Origin: Lingula anatina
Lineage: Eukaryota; Animalia; Brachiopoda
Reading direction: 5' to 3'
Length of the DNA: 64,000 nt
Assembly: GCA_051362555.1 (NCBI GenBank)
Contig: CM120643.1
Location: 1,488,001-1,552,000 of the forward strand
Shown: positions 39,401 through 50,353 of the stretch, piece after piece
How the letters are laid out: every line of letters begins with the position of its first letter
Numbering within the stretch: position 1 is the stretch's first letter
Notes under the pieces: generated by a model
What the model saw: the letters and a program-made list of their open reading frames with translations, nothing else
The model's database searches: none
Told to the model about the DNA's origin: nothing
Translations under genes and position numbers: made by a program

Positions 39401-41886
39401 GGTAAAAAATAATATTCCCAATTAAGTAGTAACTCTGTACATAATTGTCAGTCGTGGTAGCCCTGCAAATCACTAAATTACCATGTCGATTGACACATGC
39501 AAGTGTTTTATATATACATTGTAATTTACATGTATGAGCACACATGGGTGAATAAATTACACCACTGTTGGCAAGTTAACACAACGCACCGGCAGAGCAA
39601 AGAAAACCAGTAAAAATCACTTGGAACCTAGACTTCTATTCCTGTCACACCGGCAGTGAACTCCCCTCTGTGCAATCAAGGAAAACCAAAAACCCAAAAA
39701 AGAAATTTCTCACCCCTGTCCCAGTAAATGCCTTGGATGTTGTTGTATTTATTCCTGCAGCAACCTGTCGACATAAAAATAATTTTGTTCACCCAATAAC
39801 GTAGTGCACTCCATTCACATGTGATATTACCACACGTTGCAATATTATGGCTGACATCCATCCCCTTCCCCTCACACCGGGTCTTTTTACCAAAAATTTA
39901 TTTCTGGATTTCAAGAGATTTCTTATAATATGTTGCTGCTTCTGCGTACTTACCCCAGCCTTCAATGCTATTTTTGTTCATCCTATCCAATACTTCTTGT
40001 GCAGTTTTTTGCTTGAGTTGAGCTGATGATAATTTCAGTATGAGTGGATTTCCCCCACACTTCTCTGCTATTTCACCTAGGGCTATTGATTCACTGACAG
40101 TGGGACTGGCGGTTTTTCCTTCCCAAAGGATATCAATGGAGGGTGCCTTACCAAGGGGAGATACGATTATGACAGTCGTGGTATGCGACCTGAGGCTGAA
40201 TGATTCACGGCTGGTACACAACAAAGTAATATGCTTTGATGAATTTAAAATATTCTGAAGCAAGCTGTGAAAGTCCTGCCATTTTGACTTAATAACCTCA
40301 TCGTTGTTATCAAAAATGATAACAGTGTCTGAAGTTAAACTAGACAAAGTTTGTATGAGTATATTTTGATAATCACTGTATAAATCTATCAGGGGTCGTG
40401 TTGGGTGGTAGTGCTGGGCTAGAGATAACTTGATAGTTTCAAGGTCGGTGATTTGTCTCATATCAATGTACAGTGCATTTTCCTCGCGATGTCCGACCTC
40501 GATAGCCACCGATGTCTTACCAATGCCCCCCATCCCCGTTAGAAGAACAAGTCGGGTTTCACCTGCAATATACTGCTGTATTAGTTGTACCAATTCTTCG
40601 CGGCCTTTAAGGTCAGGAAGTTTTCTTGGTAGATGTACAGAGAAGAGCTGGCATGGGGCAACTGGAAATATTAAATGAATGCCATAAACACAATCATAAC
40701 AAACATGCTACAATTCACATAACTATTTATAGTTGATAGAAAATTACACAATAAAAAGATGTCAATAAAAACTAAAAACGAACCGAAGGAGCATAGATAG
40801 CCAATGCAGCTCACCTCTCAATTTGTAATTAAAACTAACCAATTAATAAACAAAAAGTTCACAAGCAATTTAGTTACTTGGTCCACTGCCAACAGTTTGT
40901 CAAAAGTTCATCAAAAGCAGTCCACAATGTGCATGATGTTGCTAACAGACAGACAGACAAACGAAAAAAAAAATGACGCACTTGGTGGCGAACATGTAAA
41001 GCAAACTAAATTATGTTGTTCTACCTAGAGCTTCAAAATATCACAAACGCTTACATTTCTTTCTAAGAAATATCTTCACGGCGGACCAACAAAAATGCAC
41101 TACAGTGTATAAACACTATGTGCTCACTAAAGCATAATATTAAGAAAAGGGGTAAAAGAAAATTAGGTAAAATACAATTTTTCAAATTGCAAACCAATAT
41201 TATTACGTGTGTATACGCTGATGTTGACCATTATAAATCAATTACCTTTGACTCTTATATTTTATTGTTACTCGCCAAACGCTGTTTTACAAAGCTCGAT
41301 TACCTTTAGCATCCAGGGGCACAATAAGAAGCTTGTCGTAATCATCACTGGTATATATTGGGGACAGTGACAGCAGGACTTGCTTGAGAGCATTAAACTC
41401 TGCCTGAAATGCTGTGTCAGTGATGCCAAGACGCTGTCCATGTGAGTGCTGATTGCGGTAGGTCTTCACTCTCCCAATGTTGGCCTCTATGGAGGTGTCG
41501 GAAGCTGGTGGGTTTTCCCATTTAGCATGAGGGTTCAGATTGGTGATGTTTCTTAATAAAACAACTGCAAGTGTAATATCTAAGTCCTGTGTTGTCACAG
41601 TTGTTGAAGGGGTGCCAGAGGGGTACAGGAGTTTCATTTGACTCGAGTTTCTTACCTTTCTATTTTTCAATAGCAGTAAGGTATGTTTGACTTGTAGATT
41701 GTCAAGTACGTCAAAAAGTTTGTCAGTTTTACTGGGATCAAACAGTCCCGGATAAGCTGCTTTTAGCTGAGTCCTGAGAACATCTCGAAGCACGTCCGTT
41801 GCATGCCCTAAGAGCAGGTGCATGCGGAAATAATTTTCTTTTTCATTCCGTGGTATTTCAAATGGAAATATCTGTGCTGTTGCCAT
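15318..41886 (-). CDS. Predicted 14-exon gene: HEPN(DZIP3-like)-NB-ARC-Roc-COR-caspase fusion protein, ~1352 aa (1116 aa if the NB-ARC exon is skipped)
   Basis: Manual splice model join(41886-41304,40661-39954,34684-34457,34034-33882,33251-33009,32770-32649,20504-19340,19194-19153,18124-18045,17840-17667,17144-16928,16512-16399,16187-16078,15437-15318). All introns are GT-AG, all phases are compatible, there is no internal stop, and it ends in TGA. The Roc-COR-caspase part is better supported than its link to the HEPN/NB-ARC exons. Confidence 0.7.
16078..16187 (-). CDS. Exon 13: caspase p10
   Basis: GDKSWRSTEHGTFFIQCLVKELSEKACDTHLLDILTQ (SWR...G.xFI motif). Phase 1-0. Confidence 0.9.
16399..16512 (-). 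CDS. Exon 12: inter-subunit linker and p10 start
   Basis: SMDENAPLL...PEKADMILVTSTTRG matches the P..AD.L...ST..G motif. The acceptor (aAG) is less certain. Phase 1-1. Confidence 0.8.
16928..17144 (-). CDS. Exon 11: caspase catalytic His/Cys exon
   Basis: VILSHG...CPTLNGKPKMFFISACQG. Phase 0-1, donor A|GTAAGT. Confidence 0.93.
17667..17840 (-). CDS. Exon 10: caspase p20 N-part
   Basis: VYKNYTDWRGRAVIINNVSF...DRKGTEVDVEHLKSLFRQLHY...DNLTAE. Phase 0-0. Confidence 0.9.
18045..18124 (-). CDS. Exon 9: segment preceding the caspase large subunit
   Basis: GTSREEKVKVWPCTVELFEKKAYDAKR resembles the caspase-2 segment VKPCTPEFY that precedes the catalytic domain. Phase 1-0. Confidence 0.7.
18968..19150. 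mobile_element. Partial palindromic MITE (same family as 33317-33639 and ~48060-48165)
   Basis: AATATGGCGGAC.TACATGAAAG... arm plus the internal inverted repeat TAATGGTCTCT / AGAGACCATTA. Confidence 0.7.
19153..19194 (-). CDS. Exon 8: 42-nt linker micro-exon
   Basis: tttcAG|...|GTAAGA; TVEKEPRSPQSLEA, phase 1-1. Supported only by splice signals and phase. Confidence 0.55.
19340..20504 (-). CDS. Exon 7: Roc end (FAISN) plus COR domain
   Basis: Extends ORF 19332..20408 upstream to a phase-0 acceptor. COR motifs PVRWFQLE, YHHHLGDVLHF, ILDPQWLADLF, VVPCML, FFPPGLFHRLI. Donor ACAA|GTAAGT, phase 1. Confidence 0.9.
24135..24346. mobile_element. Tourist/PIF-Harbinger-like MITE
   Basis: TIR CCCCTTTACACT.GACGGCGTCCTTTCTGC and its inverse; TTA on both sides. 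Related ends at 15541 and 15651. Confidence 0.75.
24350..26757 (+). mobile_element. 2408-bp non-autonomous PIF/Harbinger-like DNA transposon, copy A
   Basis: ~49-bp TIR AGGCTGGGTCACACTGCGCTTGCAACC...; TTA target duplication; many subterminal GGTCGC/GGTTGC motifs; no transposase motif seen. Confidence 0.88.
32649..32770 (-). CDS. Exon 6: Roc G4 region
   Basis: EFIVYWLNSIH...PHVLIIGTHKD. Acceptor ttttcAG, donor GAG|GTAAT, phase 1-0. Confidence 0.9.
33009..33251 (-). CDS. Exon 5: Roc G3 region
   Basis: ITIWDFGGQDVYYTTHQTFLSEQNIYLLVFRL is a hallmark Roc motif. 243 nt, phase 1-1. Confidence 0.9.
33317..33639. mobile_element. ~320-bp fold-back MITE in intron 4
   Basis: Arms CA.TGGGAG.ATTCACATCGAG...AATATGGCGGACCTACATG and their inverse CATGTAGGTCCGCCATATT...CTCGATGTGAATGCTCCCATTG. 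Confidence 0.8.
33882..34034 (-). CDS. Exon 4: Roc insertion between G2 and G3
   Basis: DDPEDHLVQHMVIG...RESET. Acceptor cctcAG, donor ACAG|GTACAT. 153 nt, phase 1-1. Confidence 0.7.
34457..34684 (-). CDS. Exon 3: Roc GTPase N-terminus (G1, G2)
   Basis: Not in the ORF track. Translates DFRAKFDRLCASGAVPVYRQRVAIVGPYGVGKTHLVKRLLQEEYDEETDAYTPGVKI...; P-loop GPYGVGKT and G2 TPGV. 228 nt, phase 1-1, AG/GT borders. Confidence 0.85.
34702..34892. mobile_element. Short MITE-like repeat, second copy at ~53290-53468
   Basis: Shared GTGTAACGTGA...AGAGAGTCCGCTTCC...GCGGACT..TACACGGA. Confidence 0.6.
35028..35172 (+). mobile_element. tRNA-derived SINE (5' part)
   Basis: A-box-like TGGTTAGAGTG and B-box GGTTCAAGCC, followed by a core CATACCA...TCAGCACTAAGGG resembling invertebrate SINE cores. 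No complete cloverleaf. Confidence 0.65.
35203..37790 (+). mobile_element. Older diverged 3'-end remnant of the same family, split by copy B
   Basis: 35203-35310 and 37722-37790 join into a mismatched version of 26580-26757. Confidence 0.8.
35311..37718 (-). mobile_element. 2408-bp non-autonomous PIF/Harbinger-like DNA transposon, copy B (inverted relative to A)
   Basis: Same length and TIRs as copy A, TAA target duplication. The internal ORF translations are identical to copy A at mirrored coordinates (sum 62068). Confidence 0.88.
38034..38191. repeat. Exact 79-bp tandem duplication
   Basis: AGGGATATATATCATAAATG...AAACAGATTGCA twice, head to tail. Confidence 0.9.
38330..39437 (-). mobile_element. 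Tc1-like element, internally deleted and frameshifted
   Basis: TIR CAG(G/A)GTTACTACTTAAT at both ends with flanking TA. Transposase motifs GGGNVSVWG, YQDDCA, WPANSPDLNPIEKLW, GGHTR. Confidence 0.9.
39870..39953 (-). pseudogene. TPR-like remnant downstream of the NB-ARC exon
   Basis: In-frame read-through GKYAEAATYYKKSLEIQK*IFGKK resembles a kinesin-light-chain-type TPR interrupted by TAA. Confidence 0.6.
39954..40661 (-). CDS. Exon 2: NB-ARC / AP-ATPase-like STAND NTPase
   Basis: LKGREE, Walker A GMGGIGKT, Walker B VIIFDNND, sensor LLCTSR, and AEKCGGNPL (GxP). Acceptor tttccAG (40662-40663), consensus donor TGGG|GTAAGT. 708 nt, phase 1-1. Confidence 0.85.
41304..41886 (-). CDS. Exon 1: DZIP3/hRUL138-like HEPN domain
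   Basis: ORF MATAQ...PLDAK with ENYFRM, QMKLLYP, DLDITLAVVLLRN and YRNQHSH (Rx4H), typical of animal DZIP3-type HEPN. Acceptor ttttcacAG lies 10 nt before the ATG; donor AAAG|GTAATC is phase 1. Confidence 0.85.
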
Positions 41887-42721
41887 GGTCCTTCTCCTGT
41901 GAAAATGAGGAAAATATGGAATCCAAGTATTTTATTAATAGTTTTAACATTTTAAACATTCCCCAAACTTAAAACCCAAAACAACTGTAACTTATCTATT
42001 TACCTTTGAGTTTCTTGATATACAGACATTGAATCAGAGTAATCAAAGTTGTAATGCCTGGTCTACTTATAATGTGATTAATGAGCATAAAACCGCTGTA
42101 CCATGGAATATTGTATTGTTGGTCTTTTTGTGGAATTTGATGTTAATAAAATGATGCCAGGTGCATATCATTCCACAGTCATTAAGCTCCCCCAAAGTAT
42201 TGGTTCAGTATGGGTGACATTTCTATTGTCCATTGTGTGTATGTACACTAATCATTAAAAAATTGATATAAATATGTAATAGTGAAAATAGCAATTTTAT
42301 TGATACTATAAAATACACCGTGTAAGGTATTGTTGAAATAAAACATGATTAAAACTATTGAGGCGTGAAAGGTTTTACTCGCAGAACTAATTATTGTCAG
42401 ATTTTACAGGAATGAAACAGGTTACATGCTTCTAAATAGAACTTTTGTTCATCACGACATGTACGTCTATCTAGAGCTTGTGTAATGAAACATTTTTTAT
42501 ATATGTAATGCTAACTTTTTACGGATAGATTATGACCAGTTAAATCGGTTTGGTTTGTGACGCTCGCTAACTGCATGATTTACGAGAAGTCACCAACTTC
42601 GGAAGCTTTCCCTAACTTGCATCAGTCTTCTTAGCTCTCCCAACCGTTTTCCCTCAATCTGATCTCTTGGATATTACTTCTGAACGTCTTTTTTTCCCCA
42701 AATTTCTTACCTTATGTGGAT

Positions 42722-42872
42722 TCAATGTACCCTCTACCAGGGCCACAGTTATTATTGTGGACATTTTTGGCTGAAGCGACATCAGACCAAAATGACTGTC
42801 TATTTATCTAGATACATATCTGTGAATATCTGTTGAAAATCATTCTGTCGCCCTGGTAGAGGGTAGATTCAA
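42722..42872. mobile_element. MITE, with relatives at ~58915-59050 and ~62887-63012
   Basis: TIR TACCCTCTACCAGGG / CCCTGGTAGAGGGTA; shared core GACTGTCTATTTATCTAGA. Confidence 0.7.
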
Positions 42873-43279
42873 TGCTGCACTAATGTACGTTGCGGCACGG
42901 TACAATTTTTATTACTCAAATTGCACACGTCCACTTGCAATAATTACACGTAAGGTCATGCAACGAGTCGAGTGCACAAGCAAGCGACGCCATTAAAATT
43001 AATTACGAAGTCTGGAGGTTAACAGTGTCCAATCCTGAAGTGAAACAGGATGTCGACGACAGTAACATTATATTTCTTATCTAACATAAAATGCCTTATG
43101 CTCACCTTCACCTCATTGAACCTTTATTTACACTCATGATTTCATTATAATTTGTGTTGTTTACATTTAATATAAAAAACGATAATTTTCCCATACTTAC
43201 CAACGGTTAATGAATCCGTTCCGACATTCAAAGTTAGTCTCTATTATCTTTAATTTTTTAAGAAACCTCTGAAATATCT

Positions 43280-46200
43280 CGTAAGATAACAGAAATTATA
43301 GCCATATTTGGAAGCCACGTAATCCGACTGCAAGCACAGATTCCAGAATAATTTCGATATATGCACTGCCTTGGTGGTAAAATGGAATTTAAAGGAAAAA
43401 TGCAGTGTATTCAGAATACGTCAGTGCACCCTCTAAACTGCACACCCAGGTAAAATCATATAACAAGAGCTTTAAGAGAGTTACACTGGCTCCCTGTTAG
43501 ATCATGCATCCCTTATTCAGAATTTTTACTTTTATGCATGCAATTGTATATCAATTAGCACCTTTTTACGTACTGAAACCAAGCAATCATTTTGCTCTGA
43601 AACGTAAGCATTCGCTTAAGTTATTGCTGATGCCGTGTAATGCCAGATTGTAATTCTTTGCCCAAATGAATGGAACATTCACCCAATGTGCGTAAAAACT
43701 GTATTGTCCGATAACCACATGAAAAAAAAGATTTGTAATCATGACCGTGGGGCAGATAAAATGGTACCATACAATCATACCACGCTAGATTTGATTCCAA
43801 ACACTTAAAGAGGGCATACATGTATAACTCAGTCGGCATAAACGTATTTTACTGTCTCGCACATATTGACTTATGTTCCTTGTATTGTGGCCAGGCTGCA
43901 CAAACAACAACTGGCACGTTTCTTCAACGGGCGTCCCCCCCCCCCCCCCCCCCCTTAAATAGCCAGACGACGCTACCTGTTAAATTTAGACGGAGGGAAA
44001 ACCGCTACAATAATGTTAAGCACATGTACGTATTTATGATATGCAAACCTTTTTTGTTCATGACCGAATGAAATTCAAATACTATTTTTTATATCTTAAT
44101 GAAATAAAACTATATGAAGAGGTCTTCTATCCGTTTCGAACTGTGAAAAAATGAGTGCGTTGTTGATGGCTTTCTTACTTATGTGTGTCCGTGACTACAG
44201 TAAGGTCAGTTGGCGCGTTCTAATCTTTAATGTCAAGTGAGCTTAAAATGAGGTTGGTTTATCAGCTGTATGTAGTTGTCTATATCTTTATCAATGGTTG
44301 CTATGTACTGTGTGAAAACATGAAATACTTTAATATCATTGTTGAAGATCCTGACTGATGTATGGACATACCCAGTATGCTTTCCTAGAGAATTGGTACC
44401 AAAATGTCGACCCACATTTATTGAATTATATGATTAAAAAATAGTAAATATAATAATAAAGCAATATAACAGTAACTGCTGAACTCAAAGTGGAGAAGTA
44501 TGAAGAATATACTAACATGCAGATGTCGATAATTCAACGCTTACTGAAAGAGGAATATTAAAAGGACATACAAGGCCTCTGTTTATAACCGAGTTGATTG
44601 GCGAATTGAGTTACGGATCAAATATGGCGCCACCCACTTGAAAACTTGGTGTGTTATCGCTGCCTACCACGCAGGCTGTTACAGCAGGGTCAGAGCTATA
44701 AAAATATTTCATTCTCTTTCTAATATATTTGATCCTCATATCAAATACTCCACAGATCAACTTGGGCCTCGTTCACAACCAGTTGATCTGCAAACTAACT
44801 TGTCTTCGTATTAAATACGACGTGCCCATCTGAAAGCGTGCCAAGAATTATTCGCTCTGTCCCACTGAGACGGTGCGCATGGACGGTGGGAATCCATTCT
44901 GATATACAAGTGTTCGCAATATTTCATTCGCGGACGATTTACCTTGTTTCTGAACAAACTCAAAGAATGTAAGGCTACCAAATAAGATGGGGTGTGTTGG
45001 ATTCGCACAACCGGTAATTGTGAAGATTGCCATTACAGGATTAGCTTCTTCAGATCAAAGACCTACAGGTATGCATGATATGCTGAATATACACTTCAAA
45101 ATATCACAGTCCTTTAATAACTGTTGAAAAACAAAACAAAACCCAAACACATTATTATAGCAAATACAATGCATGCTGAATTAGAAAATATATAAAGTAC
45201 CTGTGCGTTTCCTGCCAGATGAAATCCGTTAGATAAAATGGCGCAGTGTTGATCAGTGACTTTCTTATCTTCTCTGTGTTCAAAGCAGTGCAATGAGCAC
45301 ATAGTCACGTGATTTATGATACGTAAATGTGTTTATTTTATACGATAATCAAGTTTTATAGATTTTTAAAATGTTTTTTAAAGAAAGTAGGGTGCATTGT
45401 GTTCAAATGTTACTTCTCCTATTTTGTCTTAAATTTTGGAAATGGTCAGTGTGTTGTTGATGGTACTCTTGCATGTGTATGTGAGATTCTTTGACCTCAG
45501 TAAAGTCGGTTGGTGCGCTCTTATCTTTAATGCCAAGTGAGATTAAAATGAGGTAGCTTTTTCCTTTTTTTTTTTTTTTGGGGGGGGGGGGGGTGTTTAA
45601 AACTGACAGAGAGTTGATATCAACTTTGTGTAGACAGAGTATTTGTCCTTTCTATATATTTAAATATGTAAGACCTTGTATGCTGCGTTGGAGTCATTTC
45701 ACTAGTCCTAGTTGAATATGTCCCATTTAGCTGCTAACAAAATAATAAACAGAAAAACCGAAGATGAAAATGTTTGTAGGAAACACGCATGGTACTGTTA
45801 TTTTCACTTAAAAATTAGCTGTGAAAATTACTGTTACATTATGCTCTGATGACCCTTGGCAGTCTATATACTACATGTATATTTGTTATGTTAATGACAG
45901 ATTTAAAAAGATTAAATATACATTTCTTAATGAATTGCTATTATGAACGGAAGTTAAATTAAACTGGGATAGAGTATTGGTATGTTAAAATTCATGTAAT
46001 TTTTAAACCTGGCCCTGGGGGTCGCGTACTGCAACTTTTAGAATTCCATAGGTTAGAACCACTTTTGCTTATTAAAGTCCGAGTCCCAAACAATATCCCT
46101 GTAGAACATTGGTCAAAAAGATTGCCCCACCCCAAGCTTCATGTGTTTTTTATTTATAAATGTTATACGTAGGAATTACTGACATTAAGAAATGAACAAG

Positions 46201-49200
46201 AGGCTTGGTTTTGATCCTCTTGATAATGACGTCACGCTGGATTAACCTAGTTATTGCCAGGCAACAAGAACGTCGTGTGATCTATATATATATAACTAAA
46301 TGTGCCTAAATGTTTTTTACAATTAAATTAACGAATTGTCAAAAATATATATTTCAAAAAATTCTACTTACATTTTATTATATAAAAACAAAATCATTTA
46401 TATTTTGAAAAGAAAAAAAAAATCCCATAAGAGAAGATAACAGAAGCTAGCCCTCTTTGGAAGTCACATGATACGATAGGCGAACACAGATCCCAGAATA
46501 ATTTCGATAAGTGCCGTCTTGTTGGTAAAATGGAATTTTAAGGAAAAATGCAGTGTATTCAGAATAGGTCAGGGCACCCTCTAACATGCACATCCAGGTA
46601 AAATCATATAACACGGGTTTTAAAACAGTTGCACTGGTTCCCTGTTAGATCACACATCCCTAATTCAGAATTTTTACTTTTATGCACACAATTTTATGTC
46701 AATCATCCCCTTCTTACGTACTGAAACCAATCAATTAATTTGCTCCTAAACGTAATTTAAGATCATCCGCTGAATTATTGCTAATACCGTGTAATGGCAG
46801 ATCTTGGCACAAATGAATGGAACATTCTTCTCCCAATGTGCGTAAAAACTGTATAGTCCGAGAACAACATAAAAAAAATAATTTAAAAAAAGCTTTACAG
46901 TCAGTTCGTGGATAATAACATAACCGTGGTGCAGATAAATCGTAACATAGAAAATGTTTTAGTTATTGATAAAAGCGGGGAAAAGTGTACATACGCTAGA
47001 AAATTGATTTCACGCATTTAAAGTGGTGATACATGAATAGATGAGTCGACATAAACGTATTTTACCGGCCCACGCATATTGACTTATGTTCCTTGTGTTA
47101 AACACCAATGTCGCGCAAACAAGAACTGGCACAGTTATTCAACTGGCGTCTTTAGATAGACAGACTCTACATGTACCTGTGAATTTAAACCAAGCGAAAA
47201 ACGCTACAATAATGTTAAACACACGCACGTTTCTTGTCACAGGGGTTTTGAGATGCACAGTGTTGACCAGTAACGGTCTTATCCTCACTACCTTTTTATG
47301 TGTATCATGTTTAGCGCATTGTGCCGTGATTTATTTATACGGATACCATTTTATTTATGATAGAATGAACTGTAAATAATATTTTTATATCTTAATGAAA
47401 TGAAACTATATTACACGGTTGTTTGAGTGCATTGTTGATGGATTTCTTGTTTATGAGGGCCTGTGACTACAGTAAGGTCAGTTGGCGCGTTCTTATCTTT
47501 AAAGTGAGCTGAAAAAGAGGTTGGTTAATCAGCTATATGAAGCTGTTTATATCTTTATCAAGGGTTGCTATTTACTGTGGGAAAACATTATATATTTAAA
47601 AACAATTTTTTGCAGGTCCTGACCGAAGCATTGACATACTTCAGTATGATTCTGGTACTTTTCAGTCATTGAGAAATTCCTAGAGAATTGCTACCAAAAC
47701 GTGGACCCACATTTATTGATTAATATAATAAAAATCATAACTATAGTAATAAAGCAATATACCAATAACTGCTGAACACAAAGTGAAGAAGTATGAAGAG
47801 TATACTAACATGCAGATGTCGATAATTCAACGCTAACTGAAAGAGGAATATTTAAAGGACATACAAGGGTTCTGTTCATAACCGAGTTGATTGGCGAATT
47901 GAGTTACGGATCAAATATGGCGCCACCCTCTTGAATGCTTGGTGTGTTATCGCTGCCTACCACGCAGGCTGTTACAGCAGGGTCAGGGCTATAAAAATAT
48001 ATCATTTTCTTTCTAATATTAAAATATCAGGTACTCCACAGATCAACTGGGGCCGCGTTTACCATCGTCCCTCGACCGTTTGATTTGAGCCGAGATTTAA
48101 TCACTGTGTCCCTGCAAGGACGACGTGTGGGGAGACGTGACAGAGGCGGGAGGAACCTTTACAGGGTCAGCTTCTTCAGATCAAAGACCTTCATGTATGC
48201 ATGGCGTGCTGAATACCCTCTTTAAAATATCATCGTCTCGTTAATAATACTTTTACAACAACCTCCAAACAAATAATTATTGAAGATACAATGTATGCTG
48301 AATTAGAAAATATGTACAGTACCTGTGCGTGTCTTGTCAGTTGAAAATCGCTAGATAAAATGGCGCCATGGTAATCAGAGTTGGCTGTTTGATCCTCTCT
48401 GTGTTCAAAGTGGTGCAACAAGCACACTGTCACGTGGTTTATGATATCCTCATTTGTTTATTTTATACGATAATTTAATTTATAGATTTTGTATTTTTTT
48501 AAGAAAGTGGGATTTATTGTGTTCAAACGTTACTTTATTTATTTTATGTCTTAAAATTTGAAAATGGTCAGTGCATTGCTGATGTCTCTTTTGTACGTAC
48601 ATGCACATTTACATGTGAGGTTCTCTGACCTCAATAGAGGCAGTTGGTGCGTTCTTATCTTTAATACCAAGTGAGATTGAAATGGGGTCGCTTTATGGGC
48701 TCTTTATAACTGACAGAGGGTTGATATTAATTTTGTGTACACAGTATATTCGAACTTGTATAATTTATAAGACCTTATGCGCTGCGATGTCGTCGTTTCA
48801 CTAGTCTATAACTCTTAGATGTTTTTTCATATTTTAATAATGTTTTAGTAGTGTTCATTTTAAATGGTTTCCAATGAGCGTTTTAGATTTAAATATTGCA
48901 GTCATTTTAATGATATTAGTTACATAATTCATTATTGTAAGGCGCCTTGAGGTAGAACGTAAGGCGCCATATAAGAAGATTATTATTATTATATTATCAT
49001 ATACAATGAAATTATGAACGGATATTAAATGAAACTGGGATACAGTACTGGTACGTTAAAATGCATGTATTTTTTTTTTTTTTTTTGCCTAATCCTTAGA
49101 GTGCACCGTGCTGGTCGTACAAAGACAACCAGTGTCCTCAGAAAAGAGTGGCAGAATGTAATTCAAACGCCCGTTTTAAGGTCCCTCATGAGCAAGAGAT

Positions 49201-50322
49201 TACTGAAAGCCAGCTATTTTGCACGAAGACCCGTTGGGAAACCACTGTTAACAGCAGGTCATATACAGCGAGGTCTGCAATAGGCTGGGGACACGTCGTT
49301 TTCGGTGATAAGACGAGATATGGAGTTGACGGTCGAATCCGTGTCCGCCGACGTGTACGAGAGGCACAAAACGATGATTTTGTATTGCCTAGGTAGCACG
49401 AAAATTCATGCGTTAGCACTCCTATTGACGATTCTGATATGTACTGTCTGAATTTTCGTGCTATGCCTAGGGTGCAAGCAGGGGGTGGTAACGGGGGTGG
49501 TAACGTCTCTGTTTGTGGAACATTTCATGCAGGTGCCCAGAACCAGTTGTTTTTTTCTAGGAGGTAACCTCAGCCAGGGTTCCTACAGAGACATTCTACC
49601 GCAAACAATGTTTTGATTTGTAAGAGTCATCTTCAGGAACAACTTTGTGTATCAAGACGACTGCGCAACCCCACATCGAGGTCGCAGAATCACCGTTTTT
49701 CTTCGAAACCAATGGGTTCAGCAACTGCCCTGGCCTGCAAACTCCCCAGGTATGAACCCAATTGAAAATCTGTGGGGGGAAGTAACTCAGAGAATTAAAA
49801 GCTATGGTCATCGACCGGTAAATATTGATGAACTGCGAAAGGCAAATATCACTGCGTGGAATGATATCTCCATCCAAACTCTAAAAAAACTTGCCATTGG
49901 GTATGCCATGTAGGATGAGGGCGCTGCAAGCGGCTACTGGAGGTCATACCAGCTATTGATGACTTTTCATGATTTACTGTAATGACTGTGTAACATATCA
50001 CTGTCCGGAGGCTATCATTTTCTTTAATATCTTAGCTTAAAATTAATACTGACACCAAACTTTTGATATGGTTTTTGGGGGTGTTCTTTTCTTTGGAATG
50101 ACATCTTATGTCAGATTTGATATTATTGACCAAAGTATCTCACAAAAGAAGACTGGATATTTTTATCACTCAGTGACATACTTTTTTGATGAATCAAGCC
50201 AAAAAGATTTTTATCGGCACTCAAAAATAACAATGATAAAAATATTCCGTATTAAGTAGTAACCCTGTACATGTCAGAAATTTTCTAATAGCATTTATAA
50301 CAAAACCATTTTTATTTTGAAA

Positions 50323-50353
<31 letters not shown>

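Noticed and set aside
42004-42029. Extra upstream coding exon MSVYQETQR, in frame with exon 1 via a phase-2 intron
   Set aside because: It is possible but supported only by an ATG and a donor-like site. Other donors (about 42710 and 43200) are equally plausible, so it was left out of the model.
38330-50267. Composite Tc1 transposon that delivered the HEPN-NB-ARC block (two inverted Tc1 copies with outward TIRs flank it)
   Set aside because: Sequence beyond 50267 (50397-50500) resumes homology with tandem unit 1 (46180-46280), so the right Tc1 inserted into pre-existing local DNA. The left copy also has both of its own TIRs.
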